DNA of 64,000 nucleotides from Daphnia carinata (Eukaryota): NCBI RefSeq assembly GCF_022539665.2, contig NC_081333.1, positions 10,602,001 to 10,666,000 of the forward strand, read 5' to 3'. Shown piece by piece: positions 13,501 to 25,646 of this stretch (position 1 is its first letter; each line of letters starts with the position of its first letter). The notes under the pieces were generated by a model. It saw only the letters and a program-made list of their open reading frames with translations, ran no database searches and was not told where the DNA came from. The position numbers and the translations under genes were made by a program.

Positions 13501-16500
13501 TTTAATCAAGGTAATTCTCCATTGACTGAATCTGGTAGATATTTTAATAAATCAAGAAGAAAAAAAAACATATTTTCATCTCATTTTCCCGTTTAATATT
13601 TATGTAATTACACGCGTCATATACCTAATAGAGGTTACATTATTTTTTAAAGCACGAAGCTGCTATGCTTTAATATACACGAATAAAAACATCAGAAATT
13701 TCCATGTTATAGACTAAAATAGATGCCCTGCCAGTGGCAGGGTTCGGGTGATCGAGTCTTATTTTTAAGCCGATAAAGCCAATATATCATTGCCAGAAGA
13801 CTTCAAACTGACGATGGCATAATTTAGTAAAACTACTACATAACACACCTTAACAAAGAGGGAAAAAAGATAGAATCTGCATGTAATTATGTCAGCCAAA
13901 TTGGGGAAAAATATTGATCCTGTATGTATATGGCATACATCTAGTGGTTTATAGCGATATACTGTAACGTTTTATCGTTAAAGTCTTATATGCAGGTGTC
14001 ACTTCGTTCTTCAAGTGAAAGGTATAAAGACCGTTAAGTATAGACCCAAAAGCAACTTGGTTTGGTCCGCTGTAAAGGTCGAATTACTACGAGGAAGAGA
14101 ATTCGATTTTCCATCAACAAAGGAGCAAAGGCATTGCAAAAGTACTTTCCAACCGCATTTGCTGATATCATACGTAAATTTTTTTTTTCATTTTAACCTT
14201 AGCTACAGGCACTGACGATGCTCGTGTGTTGAGTGCAGTAGGAGTACAGGCAGGATCCACTTTAATCATTTCCTGACTGGTTGCCAAGCGCTCGCGTTTT
14301 ATGGCTTGCAGTATAGAGTAGCACTGGCTACTCTACCAGAGATGGCGATATTATAACAAAAAGTTCATGATCATCATCAGGCGTAATAATAACAAACCGT
14401 TGCTGGGTTTTCAGTTATAAAATAGTCGCCGTAGTGTGCCATACAGCATGAGTATGGACAGGCTTCATGTCAAACACTGACGCGTCTATACGATATAGTC
14501 CCTGAAAGAATGCCTCTTTGTTGACTGTTTTTCACTATTCTCTCTTTGCCGTTTGTTTCCGGGAATTCCTACACGGTCCTAATACGTAATCTTCTCGCTA
14601 GTATGGAAGAAGGGCCAGCCTCTCCCTTGTAATTGGGTTACTTCATTTCCTTGTCCATAAAATGAGATGAACCCAACAGCGAAATCATTGAATTCATGTT
14701 CTGACCCTCTCTTTCACATACCGTACCAGTTTTAGGGTGTCATTTACGCCCACAAGAAAAGAAATTCTCGTAAAGAAAACAATAAAAAGTGGTGGCGTAA
14801 GAGCGCAAGCGGGTCGATTGTATAGACACAATCGGCGAGCAAACCAAATAAAGAAAATCAGTGCTGCGAAAAAAAATCTGACCTATTCTATAAAGAACAT
14901 GTAATTTTGTCTACACAAACTGTTGCGCTAAAAGTTAGAGATAGTAATCGGATTAGAATTTAAAAGCGACGGTGTGAGCGAACTGAGCCAAGCAGTCACG
15001 CTGTCATTTACATGACAAACTGCGTTCGCAGACGAAAATACATCTAGCCCTGGATGCCACACACAGCAGTATCAAAACGGAAAGACATAAAAAGAAAAAG
15101 AAAAATTGGATGGCCTTGCAATAGTGTTGTGAGAGCGAAAAGCAACTGGAAATATATCGTTCAGGGAGTTTTGTGAATTTTGAAATATTGCCCAGCTGCT
15201 CGCTATTGTTGTGACATTTAACTAACTTGGTGGTGGAATGAAGAGTATAGAAAATGGCAGACACATCTATTTCTTATTGTGAATCAACCAAAAACGTAAA
15301 TGTAGAATCAAATAAACATTGTTTGTTCCGATGTGAACCAATATCCCGTTTCTGTCCCGATTGTATGGGATTCGAACCTTCTGGTGCATCACGGCAGCTA
15401 TCCATAATGCAATCAAACTTTGAAAAGGACAATTGGTGCATGTCGGGATTGTATTCTTTGACGCAATTTGAGAAGCCCCATCGATTGGTATAGATAACCA
15501 TGGTAACGTCGAATAAGTCATGTTACGGCTCTATAATCTATAAAGTGGTACGATCCTAATAGCCCTACGTGACCCACAACGACTAGGAGAGGAGGACAGC
15601 CATGCAAAACATGTAAGAATAAGTCAGTGAAACGATGGATGATTTATTTATTTCATCTAATGTGCGCTGTCGTTCATCCACGTTATGTATCTATTACAAC
15701 GCACGACAGGCTTTTGGCAAATTCGCACTTTTAAACGGTGGCAGAAATTTTTTTTTCTTTTCTTTTGGTTGCGATGATGTCCAGAACGCGAAAACTCCAC
15801 AATGTTTTTAAGCTCGGTTAAACGTGTTTCCTGCGATGAGAAAGCGCTGGATTCGCTGGGAGCGAGCAATTACAAGCGAACCAGTGTGGTATGCAGGACA
15901 GAGTTGCTGTTAGTTCTAGGCGATAATGGAAAAGTGACAGCCAGCTGGGAGAAGTTCTGTTACGGTGAGGTGGTTTTGCTTTTGGTTAGTTGCAAATGGG
16001 CCGTTTACCACGGCTGCCAGTCCATCCACATTTGCACGAAGCTTTATGGGCTAAATATGCGTTGTATCAGTACCGGTCTAAGACTGAATACAAGAGCATA
16101 GTGTGCGTTCTAGTGTTGGAAGGAGCTCTGCGTATGTATGGAATTGAGCAAAAAAGCCGCCGCCCACTCTTCAATGACGGCGCATCCCGCTGCTCGTTTT
16201 CGTCCCTCGTCTCGTGCAACCCTTCAGTCCGTTGAGCCACGTCGTCCTCTGCGGTCTCGCACAACTGCGCAAGTGTTATCCTTTCTTGTTATTTCATTTT
16301 TCTTTATTGCTAGATTGCATTTGCTTGTATAGGCATAGTGGTGCTGACGCAGTTGATAAATAACGACGGCGACGATGTGAAGGAAGTTTCGTGCATATTG
16401 CCAAATAACCACCCGTCAATTAACGGCAACACTTGCGGTGCGTGTTTAAACTAGAGAAACATACAGCTTAGTTTCTCTTTCTTAATGTATATTTGATTGA

Positions 16501-16728
16501 TTGGGTGTATTTGTTCACTGAAGGTTGGAGAATACTGCTTGGCTATACTGCTGCTGTAGTTTATTGCACTTTTCTTTGGCATACATTGATGTGGTGTGCG
16601 TGTGCTCGTGTCGTTCTCGCGAATTTCCTCCTAACTTAATGGGTTCACGAGAGATAACACAATCACCAGTGCAAATGACAGTGATTCGTCAATCTGCAGA
16701 AGACCGTCGGAACGCACAGAAATAAAAA

Positions 16729-19700
16729 ATGCAGCCGCTCACCAAGTTCGTGACAGATGTGTTGGCCAAAAATGTGAGCAACGCTGGAACCGATTTAAAT
16801 TCCATTGCCAAGTATTTTGATTTGCTCAACGCCGTGGATGGTGTTGACGTAATTACGGCAGTAAGCGGTGGCGTTATTGATACCACTACTGAAGACGTAT
16901 CGGTACAGTCATCTGGACTTGCCGTCTTCGTTATTAATGGACAATCTTCTTCTAACGACATCATGCCCACAGACGCTTCGACGTTACAGGCCGCCAGCGT
17001 GAACTGGCTGTCTCTAGGGGTGGTCGTAGTTCTGTCCATCATTGTCCTGTTAACCATATGTGGCAATTTGCTCATCTTGGCAGCTGTCCTCTTCAATTCC
17101 AACCTGCGTGGCCCTACCCACATCCTAATAGCCAATTTGGCAGTTGCTGATCTTCTTTTAGGATTCCTAGTTCTACCCTTCTCCGCAACACTAGAGGTAA
17201 AAGCCCAGCTTTAACGGGCGCAGTAAAATATTCATACTTCAATGAAATTCCCTTTCAATATTCCCATTTCAACAAAAAAAAAAAAAAAAAAAAAAATAGA
17301 AAAAGAATACATACAGTGGCAAAGAAGAGGTGTGAAACTGATCGCTTTTTGGAATTTTAAAAAACGGCAGTGCATTATTCTAAGGCAGGAGAAAGAGAGA
17401 CTTACATTAGCCTTTAGGCATCATAGTGCATTTTGATAGCACTCAGGAAAAAGAAAAAGCTAGGGTGATTTATAGGTACGAATACCTCTATATTGTCGCA
17501 TCCCCCGCAGTCCTTTTCAGAAATGGTAATATCATATATCTCGTCTTCCCATTCGCCCCAATGACGGTATCAACAAACGAGCAACTGTGTTGTTCGCTTT
17601 CCTCCACTTTTCTAACTCTACTCTCGTCGCCCATGTCTACAATATCTATGCCAGTTGTCGATGTTTCTTTTTTTTTCAAAAATAGTTCTCGTCGTATTTC
17701 GAAGAAATGCGCTGAAAGAAAATCCGCTATTCAGCAAGGGATAGCGGGACGATGAGCCGGGAAGGATCACCAGCGCAAAAGGTGAACTACATTCTGCTTT
17801 GATGCCGAATGTATATCAGGATAAGATGCGTCACTTTAAAAAGTTTGCGTCTGTACAGAAGGTGACGCTAAAATAGAACTGGGAAAAAAAATAGCTCGAA
17901 AAAAAAGAAGTTGAGACAAAGAGCTGCTATTTGGTGCCGACGGGTTATAATAGAGTGGGAAAATCTACTTTCATGATGCTAGTTGACTTTTGGCCACCCA
18001 ACCGTAAAAAAAAATAAAATGAGAAAATTGAAGATAAAAAAGAATAGAAAACTTTTTGTGGCACCGAAAACTCTGAACTTTAGTCCCTTCCTTCGTTTCG
18101 TTCGTCTACGATTGACGTCACACACGATAGTAGTATTTGACCTTCCACTACTCTTCTGAGATTGTGTCACTTGCTTCCTTTCTTCCGCTAAACCCAAACT
18201 TGTAATTATATAAATCATAATAAAATTTGAATCGACTTTCCCTGGACGAATTACTAAGTCAACTTCTTCAATTGATGCCGGTTTTTAAGTATACCAGACA
18301 AAGACGGTGTTCGTTTATCATTTTAGCATGGAATGTCATTCATCTTTTTCAATGTTGGCTTCATGAATTTTAGGTGACGGGCAACTGGTATTTCGGGGCC
18401 GTCTTTTGCGACGTGTGGGCGGCCGTCGACGTGCTCTGCTGCACGGCATCCATCATGTCGCTCTGCGTCATCTCCGTCGACCGCTACATCGGCGTGACCA
18501 GGCCGCTGAATTACTATTCGATCGTCACAGCAAAACGTTCTACTGTACTCTGTCTGATTGTCTGGATCTCTTCGTTATCGATCAGCATCGGTCCGCTCTT
18601 GGGCTGGAAAGAGCGAAATGATTTCTCTTTAGGATCTGTTAATGATTCGTCGCCGGCGGTTTCGACGACAATATTGGACTCGTCCGAGCTACAAGCCTGC
18701 AATGTCAACAAGGAAAAAGCGTATGTCCTCTTCTCAGCCATAGGCTCTTTCTATTTGCCGACTTTGATCATCTTGGCTATCTACTGGCGCATTTATCGGA
18801 CGGCCGTCAAACAGACCAAGTTTTTAGAGAGTGGAACCAAGACGGACAAGTCAACTTCGTCGCTCAGTGGCAGTGAAGTTTTGACGCTGCGGGTTCACGT
18901 TGGACGCGCCATTCCGTTGAAACCCGTGTCGACGACAGCGGTCAGCCATCACCGTACCTCGAATCACCTCCATGCCGCAAAAGGCCGTCCGGTAGCCCGT
19001 CCGTCTGCGTTTGACTCGTCGACAAACATCAGTGATCGATCTCCTATCACTCCGTCTTCACGTGGAAAGAACAACAAAAGTTGTCGGTCATCTCAAGCGT
19101 CCCAGCTTCCTTTAGACTCCTCGCCCCCTCCGCTGAACAGTGAGCTAGCCAAGGATCTGAACGAATTGACCACTGGCGCTGTAATGAAAAAGAAAGGCCT
19201 AGCGAATCACTTTCAAAGAAAAAACTCATCAAGGCGGCCTTCTAACGCAACGAACAACTCGCTCACGCCAACGACTGGTACGACGTTGACAGTGAATGCA
19301 AGCGGTGCAGCAGTATCGAGCAACAGTGGCGGATCCACGGGATTGTCAGCCAAAATGTTTAAATTTCGACGTCAAAAGAAAGCAGCCAAAACCTTAGGAA
19401 TTGTCGTTGGAGCCTTTCTGCTCTGCTGGTTCCCGTTCTTCGTTATCTTGCCAGTTGGTGAGTGACTGCTTTGTTTTCCTTGTTCACGCTTTTGATGCGC
19501 TAAATTAGGACTTTTTCCCAATTATATTACTAACCGATGGGGTTGACATCCTTGACGATTCGAGTGGAACTTCTCGGCAAGATGTATTTTTTGCACGAAG
19601 CTTAGATCTAAAAAAGAAAAACATTAACGAGAGCTTTGATTTCCTTTTTGATGTCTTGCTTATCAGTCCACACAGCTGCAAAATTGCCGTTGAAAATGAT

Positions 19701-22700
19701 AGAATGAGAGAATAACTTCGCCACTGTTCCATTTTTAGCTCGTTTTCTTTTCCCTGCTGTTTGATTTCTTTTTTGAGGGGAGCGTTCGCCTAGACCGAAT
19801 AACAGTTATGGTTATGAGATTGAGTGGAAGAGCGTTCCATCCCCATTCTTGTGCAGAGTAAAATCCCGAATTATGATGTGATTAAAGATAAGCACGCTCA
19901 TCCTGTTTACCGGCAGGGATGAGCAAATGGTTTTTTCATCAGATTTTGATGCGATATGTAAAAAGCAGAGCTTCTCAAGCAAATAGCTCAATAGGGGCCC
20001 TATGGTTCGGAAAGACAACAGCTGGGCCATATCTGTCAGGAACATTTAAAGTGAAAACAATGAAAATAAGAGCCCACTATTGCATTCCAACGACTACTAT
20101 TTTTTTTTAAACTTTTACCACAATAGGCGCGCAGCGTGAGGTATGATATGTTTATCCAGCCGGGTGTTAAATACCTATGACAAGTCGCAATTGCAGCTTC
20201 GCATGTTTAGAATATAAAAATATGCCTGGATTTGATAGCTAATTTGTAGGCGGCGTAAGCTTGGTAGAGGCCTATCATTCTATAACGCGTGCGCACATTA
20301 TGTTTTTCACTGAGAAACCTGTCCGGGATTGCCGAAATAATGGGAACAAACGAACTAGAACAGGTTGGTAGGACGAGTGATAGTTCTCCTAAGGAGAACT
20401 ATCACTTTAACTTTACAGAGTTTTTTTTTGTTATTGCGTTGCAGGTGGAAATTATTCTATGCGATGCTATGAATAGCTATTAATATTTCTATATAATCGT
20501 CATATTTCCAAAAAATTACACTGAATCACGCTGTATTACATTCCCACATGTCAATCTCGTCTATTTTCAGGCTTCCTTTAATCGGTACCTTAAGATATTT
20601 CTAAAAATAAACGGTCGCTTCATAGAGCGAAACAATGTTTGGCGACTTCTATTTTTCGTTGCCGTTTTCCGGTTTGACACCATTAACGCGCAAATGACGG
20701 TTGGTCTCACTGGCCAAAAGCCAAGTCTGCACGATGCTGCTATGTTACTGAGACGTAACTCGAAACCTTCTTGGCTTCTCTGACTTTACGATAGGCCCTC
20801 CCTTCGCCAATGTTACTCGTGTGGACGTGGACAATGGTGGGACATATAAAAATGGCTAAATAGAAGCTGTCTTGTATCATCCATATTTCTATTCGAAGCA
20901 GTTTTTAATAGCGTTCATTTCCGGTTGATTTTGACGGACGAGAAACAATCCGTTCAACTTTCCCGTGCCACATAGCATATACATGAGGGTTGGTTTTCAT
21001 GTTCTTATTGTTTGTTATCATGGGTAGCTGAATCACTAATTACCGGTACTTTGGAAAGTTGATGAATCAATGATGCTTATAACACAGCAGTTGTTTGTTT
21101 GTTCCAGCGTTATAAATTCGAACCAGCAAACGGTTAAAAACATAATGATGATCACGATACTCGTACGAATCACTTGGCTTCACGGTGATTTCATTGGATC
21201 TTCGTTTCATCTTCCTAACGTAACTACATGTATACGTACGAAAGACATGCGGGTCTTTGATATGCAAATAATTTTCCACTAACTATAGTAACAAGTTCGC
21301 TGTCTTTCTTCAATTGAGCCAACTGCGCTCCGAGACGTGTGTCACACGTGCGATAAGACTTGGTTTCACTACTTCGCTGTAACACTAAGTTTAAGCAACC
21401 TTATATAAGATGTTGAAGTTTCCTCGCATACATCTTTGTATAGTTTCGTGCCAAAATGAAACTAGCAACATGCTATTGTATTGCATTTAATCCCGACAAC
21501 GCGTATTGTATGGGGATGCCGTATGTAATGAGAGCATCATCATTATGAAAATCCTTTTTGTTCGTCAACTTGAAACCTTGACTTAAATTTCCATCCTTGA
21601 AACTGGTATTAATGTTCTTGGATAGCTTTTTCTTTTGCATGTTTAAGGATTTTCTCTTTCCAGCTTTAGTAACATATAAAAAAATAACAGTCATGACAGC
21701 AGGCGTTGACTTCATCGATCTAATACTTACCCAGACATGAATTTTTAAATTAAAAGTAACAAGGAAGCCGTTACATGAAATATTACTATAACCAACGCCC
21801 CGCGCACGGCTCCCATTTACGCCTTCATAAATGGGGTTAAGCGTTGGTGAAATTGATGTGATTATTTTTCAAATTGCTCAGCGGGAAAATGAAAAATCGT
21901 TACAACGTGTAAAAAACGAAAGCGAGTGGTAAGGAGAGAAGGTCCTTTCAAGATAAATTTTTTTCTTTCGCTCCCCATTGTCGGCCGTATATATAGCCTT
22001 CTTTAAAAATAAGCTGTCTAAGTCCCAGAGATCAGCCACGCATCCTTCCCTTTTCTTTTTCGAAAACATTAATAAGCCGACTATCCCAAGTTGTTTAGTC
22101 ATAAGGAATTAAGCGAGCCCAACTTCGGGAAGGGTTTTCTCTACCCAAGGAGCAGTAATTATACGCTAAAAGTCTGCAGTACCGTAAATCCATCTTATTC
22201 TCGTCCAGCTAAAAACTAGCGTAGGCATGTTAACAGCTCTTGAACAGTGTCCGTTTTTTGCTCAAACATCTGCGATATAAGCCTCATATTAAGAAGTTAC
22301 GTAGAATGTTGTAAATGATCACTATGTAATTTACAAAGGTAGACCGAGCTTTTTTCAAGACCCGTGGTTGTTGCTCTTCTGTATGACACTGAACGCCCCC
22401 AATTAAAACCCAAATTCAATTCCGGATTTTAAGCCGGAATTTTTAAGCCCGACTTTTTGGGCAAAATCTCAGGACGAAATCCACGAAATTATAAAATATG
22501 AAAAGGAGTTGTCTGCAAAACAGCAATCGAACAAATGGCGTTCCGCAGTATTCAGCAACGTAAATTAATTAAAAATGCGATTAAATCGAGCGTCGTGACA
22601 TTTGCTCACGGAATTTTAGTTTAACAATAGCATCGCCATCATGAGATTTAACTTTGAAGCTACAAACCACTGGTGGTATAGTATACATGCTTCTCATTCA

Positions 22701-25646
22701 AATGAGTGAGCACAACAAACGTAGAGAAACAATAACAGCATACAAAGCACTCCAGCAAATGCGTGTTCTTGGCGCTGAATTATTGAGCATGTACTGTAGG
22801 TAACACTGAATACATTTAAACCAACATGGTCGTTTGATGGAATAGGCATAACAGCATGTCTATGTGCGTTCTCCGTTCCAGAATATTAGAACAGTAAGAG
22901 TACATTTGGGTGTCCGCCTTCAAATGGATAGCAACCTGACTCTGATATAGAAGAATCAATAGGTGAGCGACTCTACGGTATCAGTCATGTAATGGAGCTC
23001 CCAAGCAGATACATCGGGTGTGTGTAAAAAAAAAAAAAAGAACCAACTGATTGATTTCCAACATTCGTAAAGGCAACACGGTGATCCCCGATAGTGGTCG
23101 TTTCCTTTTTTGCTTAAGAAAACCGTCTGAGTTATTGGTAGACAAAACAAAAATGTAAAGAGGTGTTTTTTTTTTCGTTTGACACAGATTTATTCATAGA
23201 AGTCAACAGAAATATAGTATGAATGACCTGCATGTTTCGTTTTGATTGCGATCCTTATAGCTGATGGAGTTGGCATGATGGAACAAAAAAAAAAGGATTT
23301 TTAATATAGAAACCTCGTCATCGACGAAAGCCTGTGGTTGTACTGTCTATTGATGGCTCTATAGTGTAATCTCCGGTTGATGGGTTTGGTGGTGCGTTTT
23401 TATACGATTCTCGACTTTTCATCAGTTATGGGATTACATATCCAACGGAAGTCGGGACATTTTCTTACTTGATATAATAAAATAGTTCCATAGGCACGTA
23501 TACATAATTTCAAAAAGGAATATTCTGTAGGAATGCGAAAAATTAAAATTCTTATATTTTCTCATTTACATTAACTTATATATAGTTTACCCTGCAATTA
23601 ACCCTATCCGTTGTGTCATGCCAAGTTGAATACATGAAACCCATATAAGACTATCGATTTTCCCCATAACCAACATAATTTATATGTTTCATGTTTGTTC
23701 TTTTTTGCCATTGCTCTCGTACATCCCCGCATTCATTTTTGGAAATGAATGAGGGGACTGTACAGTATATGTAAGTTACGTACTATAAGTAAAACGTTGA
23801 CAATAGAAAACAAGGGATCACAATTGCTGCTGCCATTTTCAATGTTCACGTGCACCCATCTTTATTTCTAATACCATCCAGCGGGAAGTGAGCATTTCTG
23901 ATTGCTCACGCTCTACTTGAGGTCACTGCACGGAGGGTTTAACAGAGTGTTTTTATCTAAATAGACCTAGAGGATCTGTACGTATAAAAGAAAAAGTATA
24001 TCGTGACCCGAATTCCATTAAACGCTTGACGGACACGAAAAGAAAAGGGCGGAAATTGTAGGGGAAGAATGATGAGATTTTCTATCATGTGACCTTTTCT
24101 TTTTTGATGCCGGGGATTCAACAGGATCAATCCACGCTTAACTGATTAATGAAATTCGCGTCCGTGACTCGTGCGGAAGGCAAAAGAAAGAGACATGTAT
24201 AATGTACTGTAATTTCTTCAGAAAATAGATATAAGCTGCGCGTCTCAATCGTCTTCGTTTGATGCGAGGACTGATTAATTGGACGTCCTTTAATTAAAGC
24301 CGTTCAGACTCCTACCGAATTCGGACGTAAAACAGCTGAATGAAAGGAAAAAAGAAGTCCCTTTCATTTTGTAGTTTTGCAACCGGATGATTTAGTCAAG
24401 CCTACATTGATTGATCACCTTACAGACACAAAAAGATAGGAGGTAAATAGGAAAGACCAAAAAGGACAGTTTCTTCGTCTAGACAGGCCTTCAAGTCAAA
24501 ATGAAATTAACGATCATTTTAATTGATTCCAACTTCCATCTATCTCTCAATGGCTTTTTAGAATTTTGCTGGTGCAAAAGTCTGCGCAATTCGCCTATTC
24601 TTTTTCCTGTACATTTGCTCGAAGCAAATTGAATTACGGAACAAGAATGGATGATGCTAATACAGGAAAATTACTGGGTGCACTGAATAATCAATATAAT
24701 ATCAAGTGGAGAGCCTGAGCCAAAATGAGAAATTCCTATCCTCATTACAAAACCCGTCAAGAACGAACAAAAGACTTTCTTACGAACTTTCTTGCAAACA
24801 GAAAAGGACGTGCCTTTATGAAATAGGAAATCAGGTGTTGTTGTGTTTTTTTTCAAGAATCTTCGCTTGGGTACCGTGCACACATTTGAATATTAGTTTT
24901 GGGTTCTTCCCTATCAACGGAAATAATGATGTTCTCTTCATTTCCTTTTGTGATAGGCAAACACAAAAGGAAGCAATGAATATTAATGACGGAGTGCGTC
25001 AGCCTGTATTTTTATGCGGTTCTAACAAGCCATCGTTGTGAGATATCCTTTAAGACACCATCATTTTAAAGGGGTGCCATTAAGGGTGAAGCGTCAACCG
25101 TTCATCTTTTATGGGCCAATTGCACGTCATCATTACCATTGGTTTTGCATTACGTTGAGAAATTCTGGGAAAGAAAAATTAACCGCTTAATAAAGCATTC
25201 AGCGACAGGGTTTCTGAGGACTTAATCATATTAACTTACGACGTAGAATGTGCCATTATTAATGTCTTTCTTTCTGTTTGTTTTTTCGCACAGAGGCCCT
25301 TTGTTCAACGTGCAACATCCCATCACCGCTCTTCTCCTGCTGCTTCTGGCTCGGCTACTGCAACAGCTGCCTCAATCCGTTCATCTACGCCAGTACCAGT
25401 CGCGAGTTCAAACGCGCCTTCTCCAAGATCCTGTGCGGCCGACGGGCAAGATGGCCCAGTGGCGCTGGTGGACGCAGTTTCAACCGAAAACCGCCGCAGA
25501 TTATGGCTCCGTTGCATTCACGTCACACCAGTGGAAACCCCTCGGTTGACAACGTTTCACCACCGTCCACTCTGGGCAAAACTAATGTCCAGGTGTCAGC
25601 GACACCTTGCTTTGGCAGCGACCCTTGCGCTTTGAATAGTACCTGA
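16729..25646 (+). CDS. Alpha1-adrenergic-type aminergic GPCR (class A), 3 exons, ~634 aa
   Basis: Exons 16729-17196, 18374-19457, 25294-25646 (1905 nt, in frame). Motifs [120 protein letters not shown]; long Ser/Thr-rich third intracellular loop. Confidence 0.93.

Noticed and set aside
9000..16700. Many 60-130 aa ORFs in the long intergenic region (likewise 26300-29700 and 36000-41000)
   Set aside because: Low-complexity, often non-ATG starts, with no recognisable motifs or consistent splice structure.
22418..22450. Short hairpin AATTCCGG..CCGGAATT in the GPCR intron
   Set aside because: An 8-bp stem is expected by chance; no transposon termini or RNA family features.
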